A stretch of 36,833 bases of DNA from Candidatus Eiseniibacteriota bacterium. GTDB lineage: Bacteria > Eisenbacteria > RBG-16-71-46 > CAZEPH01. Every line of letters begins with the position of its first letter. Positions within the stretch are counted from its first letter, which is position 1. The stretch is from assembly GCA_044229145.1 (NCBI GenBank), contig JBGATO010000036.1:1-36833 (forward strand), read 5' to 3'. The translations under genes and the position numbers were made by a program. Below are positions 1 through 9,369 of this stretch, piece after piece. The notes under the pieces were generated by a model. It was not told the DNA's origin and searched no databases. It saw nothing but the letters and a program-made list of their open reading frames with translations.

Positions 1-3000
1 GATGACGTAGATGCCGCCCGGCACCGGCGTCCCGTTCTCCCGCATCGACTCCCAGCGCACCGTGTGAGCGCCGCTGCCGAACGTGCCGTGCGCGAGCGTG
101 GCCACCTGGCGTCCGCCCGCGTCGTAGACATCCACCGTCGCCTCGCCCGCGGCCTGGAGCGCGAAGCGTACTGCCACGCCGGTGGCGGTGGTGGCCGGCG
201 TCACCGACTCGATCCCGCTCCGCGTCGCCGCGAATTCGCCCTCGACGAACGGGGCGAGTTCTGGACTGCTGCCGCAGATGCCGTCGAGCGCGCCGATGGT
301 CGTGCCATTCACACCGGCGCCGATCAGCGGTGAGGTCGCCTGCAGCGTGAACTGGTTCGCCGCCGGGTTGCAGAAGCCCGGCGCGACGTTGAGGTTGCCG
401 GTTCCGGGGTAGCCGCCTGTGACGTCGCTGTAGGTGACGGTTGGCGCACCCACGATGGCCGGCGACCCTGCCGGCAGCAGCTGCCATATCACTGTGTTCG
501 CCACGACCGCAGTTCCATCAGACACCTGCGCCAGGCCGCCAGTGCCGCCGGAGACCGTCACGTTGTTACCGACGATATCGCAGTCGGTGATGGAGGCGCT
601 GCCACTGTCTTCGACCAGCACTGCGGCGGCAGTGGACGAGTTGATGCCGTTGTGGCTGATGATGCAACGGTCGATGACCGAGGTCCCGGCCCCTGGGTAG
701 CGGACATGAACCACGCCGTACCAGGTGCGGTTGTTGAAGAGGAAGCACGAACGCAAAGTATCCCGTCCGCCGGTCATGTAGACCGCATCGTAGCGAGTCG
801 CGCCGGTCAGGAAGAAACCGTCCACGAGGATGTCCGGAAGCCCCAGGTAGAGCGCGTTGAGCCTGGGATCGCCTGGGCGCACGATCGATCGATTCGCCGC
901 GATGTTGCGCACGCCACCGCCGTGTGGGTACCCGCCGAATAGCTTGGTCGAGGCTGGCGGAGACTCATAGAAGCCGCCGCCCGTGTAGTCGCCAGCGGCG
1001 ACGAAAATCGTGTCGTTTGCTCCGCTCGTGACGAGCGGATACGCGTCCGGCAGTTTCTTCACTGCCGTAGCCCACGACGTGCCATCACACGACGAACACG
1101 GGCTGGTGTTGTCGACGTAGATGCTCTTCGACACGGTGCAGGAGCCGCCGAGAATGGTGGCAGTCTTCCCGACGACTGTCGCGGCTGTCACCCCGTTGTC
1201 GCCATCGAGCACGAGGAACGAGCCGAGCGAGAAGCAGCCCGGCGGAATCGCCGCGCAGCCGTCGAGCGCGAACGTCAAGTCCACCGCGGTGCCGCCGCTC
1301 CCGCAGCCGTAGTTGGCCTGCGAGTTCGCCCAGGCGACGTGGAAGTGGTTCGGTGTGTCCTCGGTGATCACCGGCAGCGCGGTCCCACGATTCAGGTACG
1401 TGCAGTCGGCCGAGGTGCGGAAGGTGGTGGCGATGTGGTCGTAGCAGCGCGCGTCGTCGCCGGCGGGGCGCCACGTCAGGTCGAGTTCGCCGCCCTTGAA
1501 AGAACCGGCTCCCACGACGCGGACGTAAAGCGTCGCCGAGGCGCCGGGCGCCGGCAAGTCGCTCTGCACACCGTCGGGCGACCAAGTCAGCCACACCATC
1601 GTGCTGTCGTTGCCGAGCGCGGTGACGGTGACGTCGAATGCCGCTGCGCCGGTGGCGCCCTGCGGATCCGACGCGGTGAGGGTGACGCCCGGGTAGACGC
1701 CGATGTCGCCGGTCGTCGGCGTCCACGTCAGCCGGCCGGTTCCCGGCGACACCGAGGCGCCCGCCGGCAGATTGCTTCCGCCCCACGTCAGCGCGTCGCC
1801 GTCCGGATCGGAGCCGCTCGGCTGGACGAGAAGCGTGGAGCCGCTGAGCACGGTCTGATCGGCGATCGGTGCCACGACCGGCGCGCGATTCACGTCGGAG
1901 ACCACGATGGTGAAGAAGACGGTTCCCATGCCGCCGCGGCCGTCGAGGGCGATGATCTCGACCGCGGCGTAGGTGCCCGCCTGCGTGTAGGTCGGCGTCC
2001 AGTCGAGGGTGCCGCTGCTCGTGGAGAAACTGGCGCCTGGCGGCACGTTCGCCGCGCTCCAGGTGAGTGCGTCGCCGTCCTCGTCGTGGCCGTTCGGCAC
2101 GACATGCAGAGCGCTGCCCTCGGCCACCGTCTGATCCGCGATCGGGTCGATGGTGGGATCGTGGTTCGGCGCGCTCGACACCGTCACGGCGAAGCTCGCG
2201 CTGCCACTCAGCGAGGCGTCGTGCGCGTGGAGCGTGACGCCAGCGTAGCTCCCGACATCCGCGCTGCCGGTCGCCCATGTCAGCACACCGGTTGCACCAT
2301 CCACCGCGGCACTTCCCGGCAGGTTGGAACCGCTCCACGTGAGCGCGTCGCCGTCCGGGTCACTGCCGTTCGGGGTCACCACCAGCGTCTGCCCCGCGAC
2401 GACGAACTGGTCTGCGATCGGCGCGACCACCGGCGCTTGGTTGATGTTCTGCACCGTGATCGAGAAGTTCGCGTTGCCCGAGCCGGCGAACTTGTCGGTG
2501 GCGGTGAGGGTGAGTCCGGCATAGGTGCCGGCCTGTGCAAACGTGGGGGTCCAGTGCACGGCACCGCTGGTGGCGTCGACCGTCATGCCGTCGGGCAGGC
2601 CGCTGCCCATCCAGGTCACCGCGTCGCCGTCCGGATCGTGCGCGACCGGCGCGAGGCTAAACGCCACACCCTCGCTGGCGGACTGCGGCGCGATGGCGTC
2701 CACTGTCGGAGCGCGGTTCGGCACTGTGATCGTGAAGTTCGCCGACGCATCGCCGCCGCGTCCGTCGGACACCGTAATGCCGCACGCGTAGCTGCCCTGC
2801 GCCCCACCCGCCGGTGTGTACTGGAGCACGCCCGTCAGCTGGTTGATCGCCGCGCCGCTCGGCAGACCGCTGCCGGTGAAGGACAGCGGATCGAGGTCGG
2901 GGTCGCTGGCCACGGGCACCACGGTGAGTTGCGTGCCGACGTTGACCGTCTGATCGGCGATCGGCTGGATGGTCGGCGGCTGATTCACCCCGCTGTGGCA

Positions 3001-3573
3001 GAACCCCGAGCCGCCGCCAATCGTCGCATTGGCGCCCGCGATCGTCGCTGCGTCCGTCGTGTTGTTGCCGTCGAGCAGCAAGCAGCTGTTGAGCGTGATG
3101 CAGCCTTGCGCGGGATCGCACGCGTCGGTCTCGAACTGCACCTGCACGATGGAGCCGGCGGTGCACGTGGTGAGCGTGCTGGTGTTCGCCCAGCCGACGT
3201 GGAAGTGGCTCGGGTCGTCGAAGGTCACGACCGGGATCGCCGAGCCGCGGTTGAGATACGTGCAGGTCGTGCCGCTACTCGTCTTGTAGACCGTGTTGAG
3301 GTGGTCGAAGCAGCCGGCGCCGTCACTGGACGGGTTCCAGGTCAGGTCGATCTCGCCGCCCTTGAACTGCAGGGCGGTGGTGCGTTCGACGTAGACGTAC
3401 AGGTTGTTGACGGCGGCCGGCGCGGCATCCGTCACCGTCTTGTTGGTGGCGTTCCAGGTGAGGTACGCCTTGGCCCCGGAGTTCGATCCGGCGTGTGCGG
3501 CCGGCGCGGCGAGCGACAGCGCGGCGAGGAGGAACGGCACGAAACGCGACGAAGCGTGGGAGCGACGCGGCAT
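1..3573 (-). CDS. Large secreted multidomain surface protein (signal peptide, two copies of a Cys-rich beta domain, five He_PIG/cadherin-like Ig repeats, right-handed beta-helix, C-terminal FlgD-Ig/T9SS-like CTD); 3' end runs off the window
   Basis: Absent from the ORF track because no stop lies inside the window. Translated by hand from ATG 3573 (AGGAG RBS upstream): MPRRSHASSRFVPFLLAALSLAAPAAHA-GSNSGAKAYLTWN... The frame stays open to position 1, ending ...VDVYDAGGRQVATLAHGTFGSGAHTVRWESMRENGTPVPGGIYVI. Confidence 0.9.
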   Translation of the reverse strand, partial: MPRRSHASSRFVPFLLAALSLAAPAAHAGSNSGAKAYLTWNATNKTVTDAAPAAVNNLYVYVERTTALQFKGGEIDLTWNPSSDGAGCFDHLNTVYKTSSGTTCTYLNRGSAIPVVTFDDPSHFHVGWANTSTLTTCTAGSIVQVQFETDACDPAQGCITLNSCLLLDGNNTTDAATIAGANATIGGGSGFCHSGVNQPPTIQPIADQTVNVGTQLTVVPVASDPDLDPLSFTGSGLPSGAAINQLTGVLQYTPAGGAQGSYACGITVSDGRGGDASANFTITVPNRAPTVDAIAPQSASEGVAFSLAPVAHDPDGDAVTWMGSGLPDGMTVDATSGAVHWTPTFAQAGTYAGLTLTATDKFAGSGNANFSITVQNINQAPVVAPIADQFVVAGQTLVVTPNGSDPDGDALTWSGSNLPGSAAVDGATGVLTWATGSADVGSYAGVTLHAHDASLSGSASFAVTVSSAPNHDPTIDPIADQTVAEGSALHVVPNGHDEDGDALTWSAANVPPGASFSTSSGTLDWTPTYTQAGTYAAVEIIALDGRGGMGTVFFTIVVSDVNRAPVVAPIADQTVLSGSTLLVQPSGSDPDGDALTWGGSNLPAGASVSPGTGRLTWTPTTGDIGVYPGVTLTASDPQGATGAAAFDVTVTALGNDSTMVWLTWSPDGVQSDLPAPGASATLYVRVVGAGSFKGGELDLTWRPAGDDARCYDHIATTFRTSADCTYLNRGTALPVITEDTPNHFHVAWANSQANYGCGSGGTAVDLTFALDGCAAIPPGCFSLGSFLVLDGDNGVTAATVVGKTATILGGSCTVSKSIYVDNTSPCSSCDGTSWATAVKKLPDAYPLVTSGANDTIFVAAGDYTGGGFYESPPASTKLFGGYPHGGGVRNIAANRSIVRPGDPRLNALYLGLPDILVDGFFLTGATRYDAVYMTGGRDTLRSCFLFNNRTWYGVVHVRYPGAGTSVIDRCIISHNGINSSTAAAVLVEDSGSASITDCDIVGNNVTVSGGTGGLAQVSDGTAVVANTVIWQLLPAGSPAIVGAPTVTYSDVTGGYPGTGNLNVAPGFCNPAANQFTLQATSPLIGAGVNGTTIGALDGICGSSPELAPFVEGEFAATRSGIESVTPATTATGVAVRFALQAAGEATVDVYDAGGRQVATLAHGTFGSGAHTVRWESMRENGTPVPGGIYVI
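1621..2985 (-). repeat. Five tandem ~90-aa Ig-like (He_PIG/cadherin-like) coding repeats
   Basis: Repeats start at 2985 (NQPPTI), 2718 (NRAPTV), 2442 (NQAPVV), 2166 (NHDPTI) and 1890 (NRAPVV), spaced 267-276 nt. Each has D[PE]DxD-x-[LV]-[ST]-[FW]...LP.GA...G.L.[WY]. Confidence 0.85.
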
Positions 3574-3720
3574 GGAATACTCCTGACGATCGAGTCGGTC
3601 GGGACGCCGGCGAGGGAGGCGCGGCACATGGGCGAATCTGTGGCTGGTACGGATAGCGGGACAGTGCGGATGAAGCCTACACCAACAGTATTAGCCAGTG
3701 CGTCTCACTGTGTCTACTGC

Positions 3721-4083
3721 TCAGGGGTGCTCCCGAAGGCGAACGGGCAACGATATCGTCACGGCCAGGGGTGCCGTCGAGGTTGTCGGCTCGTCGAGGC
3801 CCGCGAGGGCGACGAGCCGCCCGGCGCTCGCCAGCGGCCCCGCGGCGCGCCCCGCGCAGAACCGCACCAGAGCGGTGCGTTCGGGGGCGGACAGCGCCCC
3901 ATCGCCATCGTCGTCGAAGCGGTCGCGCAGCTGCCAGGCCTCCCACGGCCCGGCCGCCGCCCACGTGACCAGCACGCGGGTGGAATCCGTCGGATCGAGG
4001 ACCGCCGGGCCGCCGCCGCCCCAATGCGCGCGTGCCGGTCCCGCCAGGCACAGGCAGGCGATCATCGCCAGCCGGCGCCTCAT
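3721..4083 (-). CDS. Small secreted hypothetical protein with an EF-hand-like DDDGDG loop
   Basis: ATG 4083 overlaps the upstream gene's TGA (ATGA). Signal peptide MRRRLAMIACLCLAGPARA; FDDDGDGALSAPE motif. The longer 277-aa track call overlaps the upstream gene. Confidence 0.6.
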   Translation of the reverse strand: MRRRLAMIACLCLAGPARAHWGGGGPAVLDPTDSTRVLVTWAAAGPWEAWQLRDRFDDDGDGALSAPERTALVRFCAGRAAGPLASAGRLVALAGLDEPTTSTAPLAVTISLPVRLREHP

Positions 4084-6527
4084 CGTGCGGCCTCCGGCGC
4101 GTCGAACCGGCCATTGCCGTCGACATCGACCCAAATCGGATTGGTGAGCGCGAACGGGGTGGCGTGGTGGCCGTTGTCGGCGGGCAATACCGGAGAGAGA
4201 TCGCGCGTGCCGCGGACCACCACCACGTACCAGGTGTCGCGCGCCGGCTGCACGGGGAAGCGGCGCGTGAGCCGCACCACCTGATCGCTTGGCGCCACGG
4301 CCACGCTGTCGATCACCACACCGTTGGCGATCAGGTGCACCGAGGAGACGTCCACCCACGGTGCGGCATCGACCCGGACCTCCAGCCCGAGCGGCCCCGC
4401 GCCCGGCGCGCGGTGCACCGTGCCGCCGAGCGGCGTGCCGTCGTCGGCCGCGAAGTGGATCATCGGCCCGTCGGTCACCACGATGCGGTGCGCCCGCACC
4501 GCCGCCACCAGCGCGTCGAGCCGCACGCGCTGCGGATCGTCGGTGCCGAGCCACACCAGATTGCGCACCGAGCCGGCTTCCTGCCCGAAGACTTGATGCG
4601 AGTCGCTATTGCCGGTGGCCGTGATGGTGGCGCCGCGGTTGAGCAGATGGAACCAGTCGGCCAGCACGATCTCGGCTTGGTCGACGCGCTTGCCGTTCAT
4701 GATCTCGAGCGCGTCGAACGCCAAGCTCATGCTGTCGCCGCGCGGCGCGCCGGTCAGCGAATCGAGACCCACCTGCGTGAAGTAGCCGAGCCGCCCGTCG
4801 CGCGGATGGTTGACCTGCACGATCGGCCGGCCCGGCAGCGCATGCAGCGCGTCGAAGATTTGGCGCGGCGTCAGGCCGCGCCACTCGAGCGCGCCGTCGC
4901 CGTGCGCGCCGGGGTGGCGGGTCAGCGGGAAGGCGATGAAGTGGCCGAGCCGCTGCGTCGACACCTCGTTGCCGATGACCGGCGCCAGGAGCCGCGTGGC
5001 GTGGAGCCGTCGCACCGTCGGCCTGTAGTCGGTCACCACGTCGTGATCGGTGGCGACCACGAGGTCGAGGCCTTCGGCGAGGTCCGAGACGATGCGATCC
5101 ACGAGCGGCAGCGAGGAATCGTGGCTGCGAATCGTGTGCTGGTGGAAGTCGGCGCCGAGGTAGCCGCGGGTGTCGAGGACGTGGCGGAGCCGGAACCGCG
5201 CGGACTGCGGCACGCCCGCCGTGACGACAAGCGTCTGCACGTCGATCGAGTATTCGAGGCCGCGCGACGCGGTGACGCGGTAGCGGCCCGGCCGCAACGC
5301 GGACGCTGCGTGACCGTCGGCGGTCAGCAGCACGTGGGCGGCACCCGCCGCGCGGGTCACCGGGCCGAAGTCGGGCTCCGGCGTCAGCGAATCCGCCGGC
5401 TCCACCGTGAACTTCGCCGGGAGTGCGCGGCCGGTCTCCTCGTCGATCGCCTCGAACGACACGTGGCCGGTCGGCGCCAGCGCGAGATCGACCCGCGCCA
5501 CGCCGCCCGGCGAGACGCGAACCCGCACCGGAGCGGCGGCAGGATGCTCGGGGGCACGCACGCCAACCGTGTAGTCGCCAGCCGGCAGGGCGAACCAGGT
5601 GGTGTCCGCGCCCGCCGCTGCGTCACGCACCAGGCGGCCCGTCGCGTCGCGGATTTCCACCAGGCCACGGGAGAGCCTTGCATCACCGCGCACCGTGCAC
5701 GCGAGCCGCCCGTCGCCCGCGCCGGTCACGCCGGTGGCGCGGAGGGCGCCGAGCGCGGCCTCCACGTCGCCGCGCGGTGCCACCGCCAGCCAGCGCCGCA
5801 CCGTCACGCTCTCGCCGGGGGCCAGCGTGGCGAGGGTCAGCGTCGCATTCGACCACGTGGCGCCGTGGCGGGCGCTCAGCGAGTCGGCCGCCGCGTAGGC
5901 GTAGGCGACACCCTCCGCGGTGCCGGCGAGCCAGGGCGCGCGCAGGGTCTTGCCGACCAACGCGCGGCCCGGCCCGGGGGCGAAATGGTCGGCGAGGGCC
6001 CACTGCACGACGTCGCCGAGGCGGTAGCCCGCGATGCTCGAGTCGGCGCGGTTCACCAGCGTGGTGGTGATCTCGGCGCGTGGCACGTCGCCGGACACCG
6101 CGTACCGGGTGCGCAGGACGAGGCCGGGCGCCCACGCATCGTGCCCCTCGACCTCGATCCACGCGGGATCGGCGCCGGGCGGCGAGACGCGCAGCGCCGT
6201 GTAGTGCGCTTGGTGCAGGAAGTCGCCTTGGAGGTAGACGTAGACTTCGCCGAGGGCGTCGAGGTGGTTGACCGGCGAGGCGCAATCCAGGACATTGCCG
6301 CCGTGCTCGGCGTAGCCGCCGGCGTGCGACAGGTCGGAGATGACCAACTCGATGCCGCGGTTGGCGAGCAGGTAGTCGCCGGGCAATGCCCCGCGCGCCT
6401 CGCCGTGCCACGCCGCCGGCACGCGGGCGAGCCGTGTCACGCGCGGAGCCGCCGCGGCAGGGCGGACGCTCAGCGCGAGGACGGCGGCGCACACCAACAG
6501 GCGCCCGACCCGCGTCGTGCGCGTCAT
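4080..6527 (-). CDS. Secreted CehA/McbA-family (PHP-like) metallohydrolase with carboxypeptidase-regulatory-like beta domains
   Basis: Signal peptide; metal-ligand motifs ADFHQHT, TDHD, GNEVS..GHF, NHPR, GNSDSH; C-terminal NPIWVDVDGNG. Confidence 0.85.
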   Translation of the reverse strand: MTRTTRVGRLLVCAAVLALSVRPAAAAPRVTRLARVPAAWHGEARGALPGDYLLANRGIELVISDLSHAGGYAEHGGNVLDCASPVNHLDALGEVYVYLQGDFLHQAHYTALRVSPPGADPAWIEVEGHDAWAPGLVLRTRYAVSGDVPRAEITTTLVNRADSSIAGYRLGDVVQWALADHFAPGPGRALVGKTLRAPWLAGTAEGVAYAYAAADSLSARHGATWSNATLTLATLAPGESVTVRRWLAVAPRGDVEAALGALRATGVTGAGDGRLACTVRGDARLSRGLVEIRDATGRLVRDAAAGADTTWFALPAGDYTVGVRAPEHPAAAPVRVRVSPGGVARVDLALAPTGHVSFEAIDEETGRALPAKFTVEPADSLTPEPDFGPVTRAAGAAHVLLTADGHAASALRPGRYRVTASRGLEYSIDVQTLVVTAGVPQSARFRLRHVLDTRGYLGADFHQHTIRSHDSSLPLVDRIVSDLAEGLDLVVATDHDVVTDYRPTVRRLHATRLLAPVIGNEVSTQRLGHFIAFPLTRHPGAHGDGALEWRGLTPRQIFDALHALPGRPIVQVNHPRDGRLGYFTQVGLDSLTGAPRGDSMSLAFDALEIMNGKRVDQAEIVLADWFHLLNRGATITATGNSDSHQVFGQEAGSVRNLVWLGTDDPQRVRLDALVAAVRAHRIVVTDGPMIHFAADDGTPLGGTVHRAPGAGPLGLEVRVDAAPWVDVSSVHLIANGVVIDSVAVAPSDQVVRLTRRFPVQPARDTWYVVVVRGTRDLSPVLPADNGHHATPFALTNPIWVDVDGNGRFDAPEAAR

Positions 6528-6693
6528 GCGAGGCCTCGATCCATCATCGGCGCAGGATGCCGCTCCGCGTCGCGCGGTGCAACCCTCGCGCGATCCGCGT
6601 CGTCAGACCGGCGCGACCTCATCCGCATCGTGCCCGGCACCCGCAGTCGTCGTCCACCCATCGCCTAGCCCCATCGTAAGGAGCCGTTTTCCC

Positions 6694-9129
6694 ATGACGC
6701 GGACCCTCCCTTCCCGCGCCGCGCTGGCGTGCGTCGCCGCGGTTGCCGGCGTGATCGTGTGGTCTCTCACGGCGCGCGCCGCCGAGACGACGCGGCCCGA
6801 CGCCGCCACCCGCAACATCACCGCCGCGCGCCTGAGCGGCGCCGCCCCGACGCTCGACGGCGTCCCCGACGACGCCTGCTGGAAGACGGCGACCCCGGTC
6901 GACGGCTTCTGGCAGCAAGAGCCCGACGAAGGCCAGGCCTCTCGTGAGCGCACCACGATGCGCGTGCTCTACGACGATGCGGCGCTCTACGTCGCCTGCA
7001 CGATGGACGATGACGACGCGGCGAAGATCGTCCGCCGCCTGGCGCGACGCGACGAGTACACCGAAGCCGACCAGATGGCGATCGTCATCGATCCGTTCCA
7101 CGACTTGCGTAACGGCTTCTTCTTCCAGGTCAACGCCAGCGGAGTCCGGCGCGACGCGGTCATGTTCAACGACGGCGACATGGACGACTCGTGGGACGGT
7201 GTGTGGGATGCCAGCATCCACCATCGCGCCGGCGGCTGGGACGCCGAGTTCCGCATCCCGTTCTCGCAGTTCCGCTTCCCGAATGCGGACGAACAGCACT
7301 GGGGCTTCGGCGGCGTGCGTTACATCTCGCGGTTCAAGGAGACGTCCACCAACTTCCTGTACAAGAAGGCAGACGCCGGCTTCATCTCGCTACTCGGCGA
7401 TCTCACCGGCATCCGCGGCGTGCATCCGCAGCGGGCGTTCGAATTCCTACCGTATGCTTTGGGCAGCGTCGATCGCGACGTCAATGGCGCGGGCCACACC
7501 ATCTACACGCTGCCGGTCCTGGCCGGCGCCGACCTCAAATTCGGCTTGTCGAATGCCTTCACGCTCAACGCCACCGTGCATCCGGACTTCGGGCAGATCG
7601 AAGCCGACCCGGCGGTGCTCAACTTGGGGCCGTACGAGACTTTCTTCCCGGAGAAGCGGCCGTTCTTCCTCGAGGGGGCGAAGATCTTCGACAACGGCGG
7701 CTTTGCGGGCGAGGGCGGCCCGCCGTTCTACCAGTTCTACTCCCGGCGCGTCGGACGCGAGCCGATCCTCGGCGCGGCGAAGGTGACGGGGAAGATCGGT
7801 CACGGGACGACGGTCGGCGTGCTCGCCGCGGCCACCTCGCCGTACCGCTTCCTGGACTGGGTCGGTGACCGCAGCGCGTTCGCGCCGGGCACGGCGACCG
7901 GGGACTACGAGGTGGTCCGCGTGCAGCAGGACATCCTCGGCAATGGCTCGGCGATCGGCGTCATGGGAACGCGCGCGGTGCGGCCGGGCAGCGACGCCGC
8001 GGTCACCGGCGGCGCCGACCTCGCCCTGCGCACCCGCTCGCAGCGGTATTCGCTGTACGGCCAATACGTGGCGTCGCGGGTGCCGCGACCGGGAGGCGCC
8101 GCCGATGCCGTCGGGCACGGCCTCCACCTGACGGCGTGGAAACTGAGTTCGAAGCACACCGCCGGCAGCATCGACTTCAAGTACGTGTCGCCGCGCCTGC
8201 AACTCAACGACCTCGGCTACCTGCGGCGGCCGGACGACGTCTCGGCGACGGCGTGGTTCCAGTACAAGGAGAACGAGCCGAAGAATGGCTGGCGCGCGTG
8301 GCGGATCAACGCGTCCAAGTCCTACGAGTGGAACACCTCCGGCCTGCGGCTCGACGACGAGTGGAACGCGAACTTCCACATCGACACGAAATCGTACTGG
8401 CACACGGCGCTCGGGGTCGGGTTCGGGCTGCCGGTGTTCGACGATCGCGAGTCGCGCAGCGCCTGGCCGACGCGCATTCCGGACGGCCACTGGTGGTGGG
8501 CCTACGTCGAGAGCGACAGCCGCAAGCCGGTGGTGGTGTCGCTCAACCCGTCGGCCTGGGCGAATGCCGGCGGCTCGCACGGCGAGGACTACAATCTGAG
8601 CCTCGAGTACAAGCCGGCCACCAACGTCTCGTTGTCGTTTTCGCCCGGCTACCATCCGCAGTACTCGAACGCGCAGTGGGTCAATACGGTCGACGACACG
8701 ACGGCGGTGTTCGCCGAGTTCCGCTCGCACGTGCTCGACCTCACCATGCGGGCGAACGTCACCCTGACCCCGACCCTCAGCCTGCAGATGTACACGCAGC
8801 CGTTCGTCGCCACCGGGCAGTACACGCGGTTCAAGCGGCTGGCGGCGCCGGGCGAGTACGGCTTCGACGCGATCGACGACTACGCCACCAACGCGCGGTT
8901 CAATCCGGACGGCGTGGATCCCGATTTCGGCGACCGTTCGCTGCGCGGCAACTTGGTGCTGCGCTGGGAGTACCGGCGAGCGTCGACGCTCTACGTCGTG
9001 TGGTCGGAGGCGCGCGAGGAGGTGGTCGGGGACGGACGGTTCCGGCCGTTCCACGACCTGGCGCACGCCGTCACCGCCCCGGGACGCGGGACGTTACAAG
9101 TCAAGATGTCGTACTGGATGGGGCACTAG
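6694..9129 (+). CDS. DUF5916-type outer-membrane protein with an N-terminal CBM9-like sugar-binding domain
   Basis: AAGGAG RBS at 6678-6683; signal peptide. CBM9-like PTLDG..DD..W...F.Q.EP..G and WDAEFRIPFSQFRF; DUF5916-like ATVHPDFGQIEADPAVLNL..YETFFPEKRPFFLEG and FYSRRVGR; beta-strand C-terminus KMSYWM. Confidence 0.85.
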   Translation: MTRTLPSRAALACVAAVAGVIVWSLTARAAETTRPDAATRNITAARLSGAAPTLDGVPDDACWKTATPVDGFWQQEPDEGQASRERTTMRVLYDDAALYVACTMDDDDAAKIVRRLARRDEYTEADQMAIVIDPFHDLRNGFFFQVNASGVRRDAVMFNDGDMDDSWDGVWDASIHHRAGGWDAEFRIPFSQFRFPNADEQHWGFGGVRYISRFKETSTNFLYKKADAGFISLLGDLTGIRGVHPQRAFEFLPYALGSVDRDVNGAGHTIYTLPVLAGADLKFGLSNAFTLNATVHPDFGQIEADPAVLNLGPYETFFPEKRPFFLEGAKIFDNGGFAGEGGPPFYQFYSRRVGREPILGAAKVTGKIGHGTTVGVLAAATSPYRFLDWVGDRSAFAPGTATGDYEVVRVQQDILGNGSAIGVMGTRAVRPGSDAAVTGGADLALRTRSQRYSLYGQYVASRVPRPGGAADAVGHGLHLTAWKLSSKHTAGSIDFKYVSPRLQLNDLGYLRRPDDVSATAWFQYKENEPKNGWRAWRINASKSYEWNTSGLRLDDEWNANFHIDTKSYWHTALGVGFGLPVFDDRESRSAWPTRIPDGHWWWAYVESDSRKPVVVSLNPSAWANAGGSHGEDYNLSLEYKPATNVSLSFSPGYHPQYSNAQWVNTVDDTTAVFAEFRSHVLDLTMRANVTLTPTLSLQMYTQPFVATGQYTRFKRLAAPGEYGFDAIDDYATNARFNPDGVDPDFGDRSLRGNLVLRWEYRRASTLYVVWSEAREEVVGDGRFRPFHDLAHAVTAPGRGTLQVKMSYWMGH

Positions 9130-9158
9130 GCCGGCCGCGAACCGGTGCGGCGGGGCGC

Positions 9159-9190
9159 GCACGGCGGGCGTCCCGTCCGCGTGCCACTTT
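9159..9190 (+). terminator. Putative intrinsic terminator after the DUF5916 gene
   Basis: Imperfect stem GCACGGCGGGCG/CGTCCGCGTGC followed by CACTTT. Confidence 0.4.
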
Positions 9191-9217
9191 CGTTGCGTTC
9201 CATCCCCCCGCGAGTGC

Positions 9218-9246
9218 TTGCCAAGGCGTGCCCGGCTTGCTACGGT
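9218..9246 (+). promoter_or_regulatory. Putative sigma70 promoter for the TBDR-PorV operon
   Basis: TTGCCA (9218-9223), 17-nt spacer, TACGGT (9241-9246) with an extended -10 TG. Confidence 0.5.
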
Positions 9247-9369
9247 CGCGCGCCGCTGGAGTATGGTGCACCACAAGGCGCAGCGCTTCCCGCCCTCTCT
9301 CGTTGAGACGTGACCGCCGGATGCCCTCGGTGCTGCTTGCCTCTCCGCTCTTCGTGCAGGGAGATTGGA

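Noticed and set aside
1621..2985. Periodic repeats as a possible CRISPR array or mobile element
   Set aside because: Degenerate in-frame protein domain repeats, with no identical direct repeats, spacers, cas or transposase genes.
3685..3716. TAGACA-N17-TAATAC promoter on the minus strand with a CAGTG/CACTG palindrome
   Set aside because: The -10 lacks the conserved final T at this spacing; too weak to call.
1339..4284. 981-aa plus-strand ORF
   Set aside because: Antisense shadow of the real minus-strand gene; Arg/Gly/Val-rich with no motifs.
4032..6668. 878-aa plus-strand ORF
   Set aside because: Shadow of the CehA/McbA gene.
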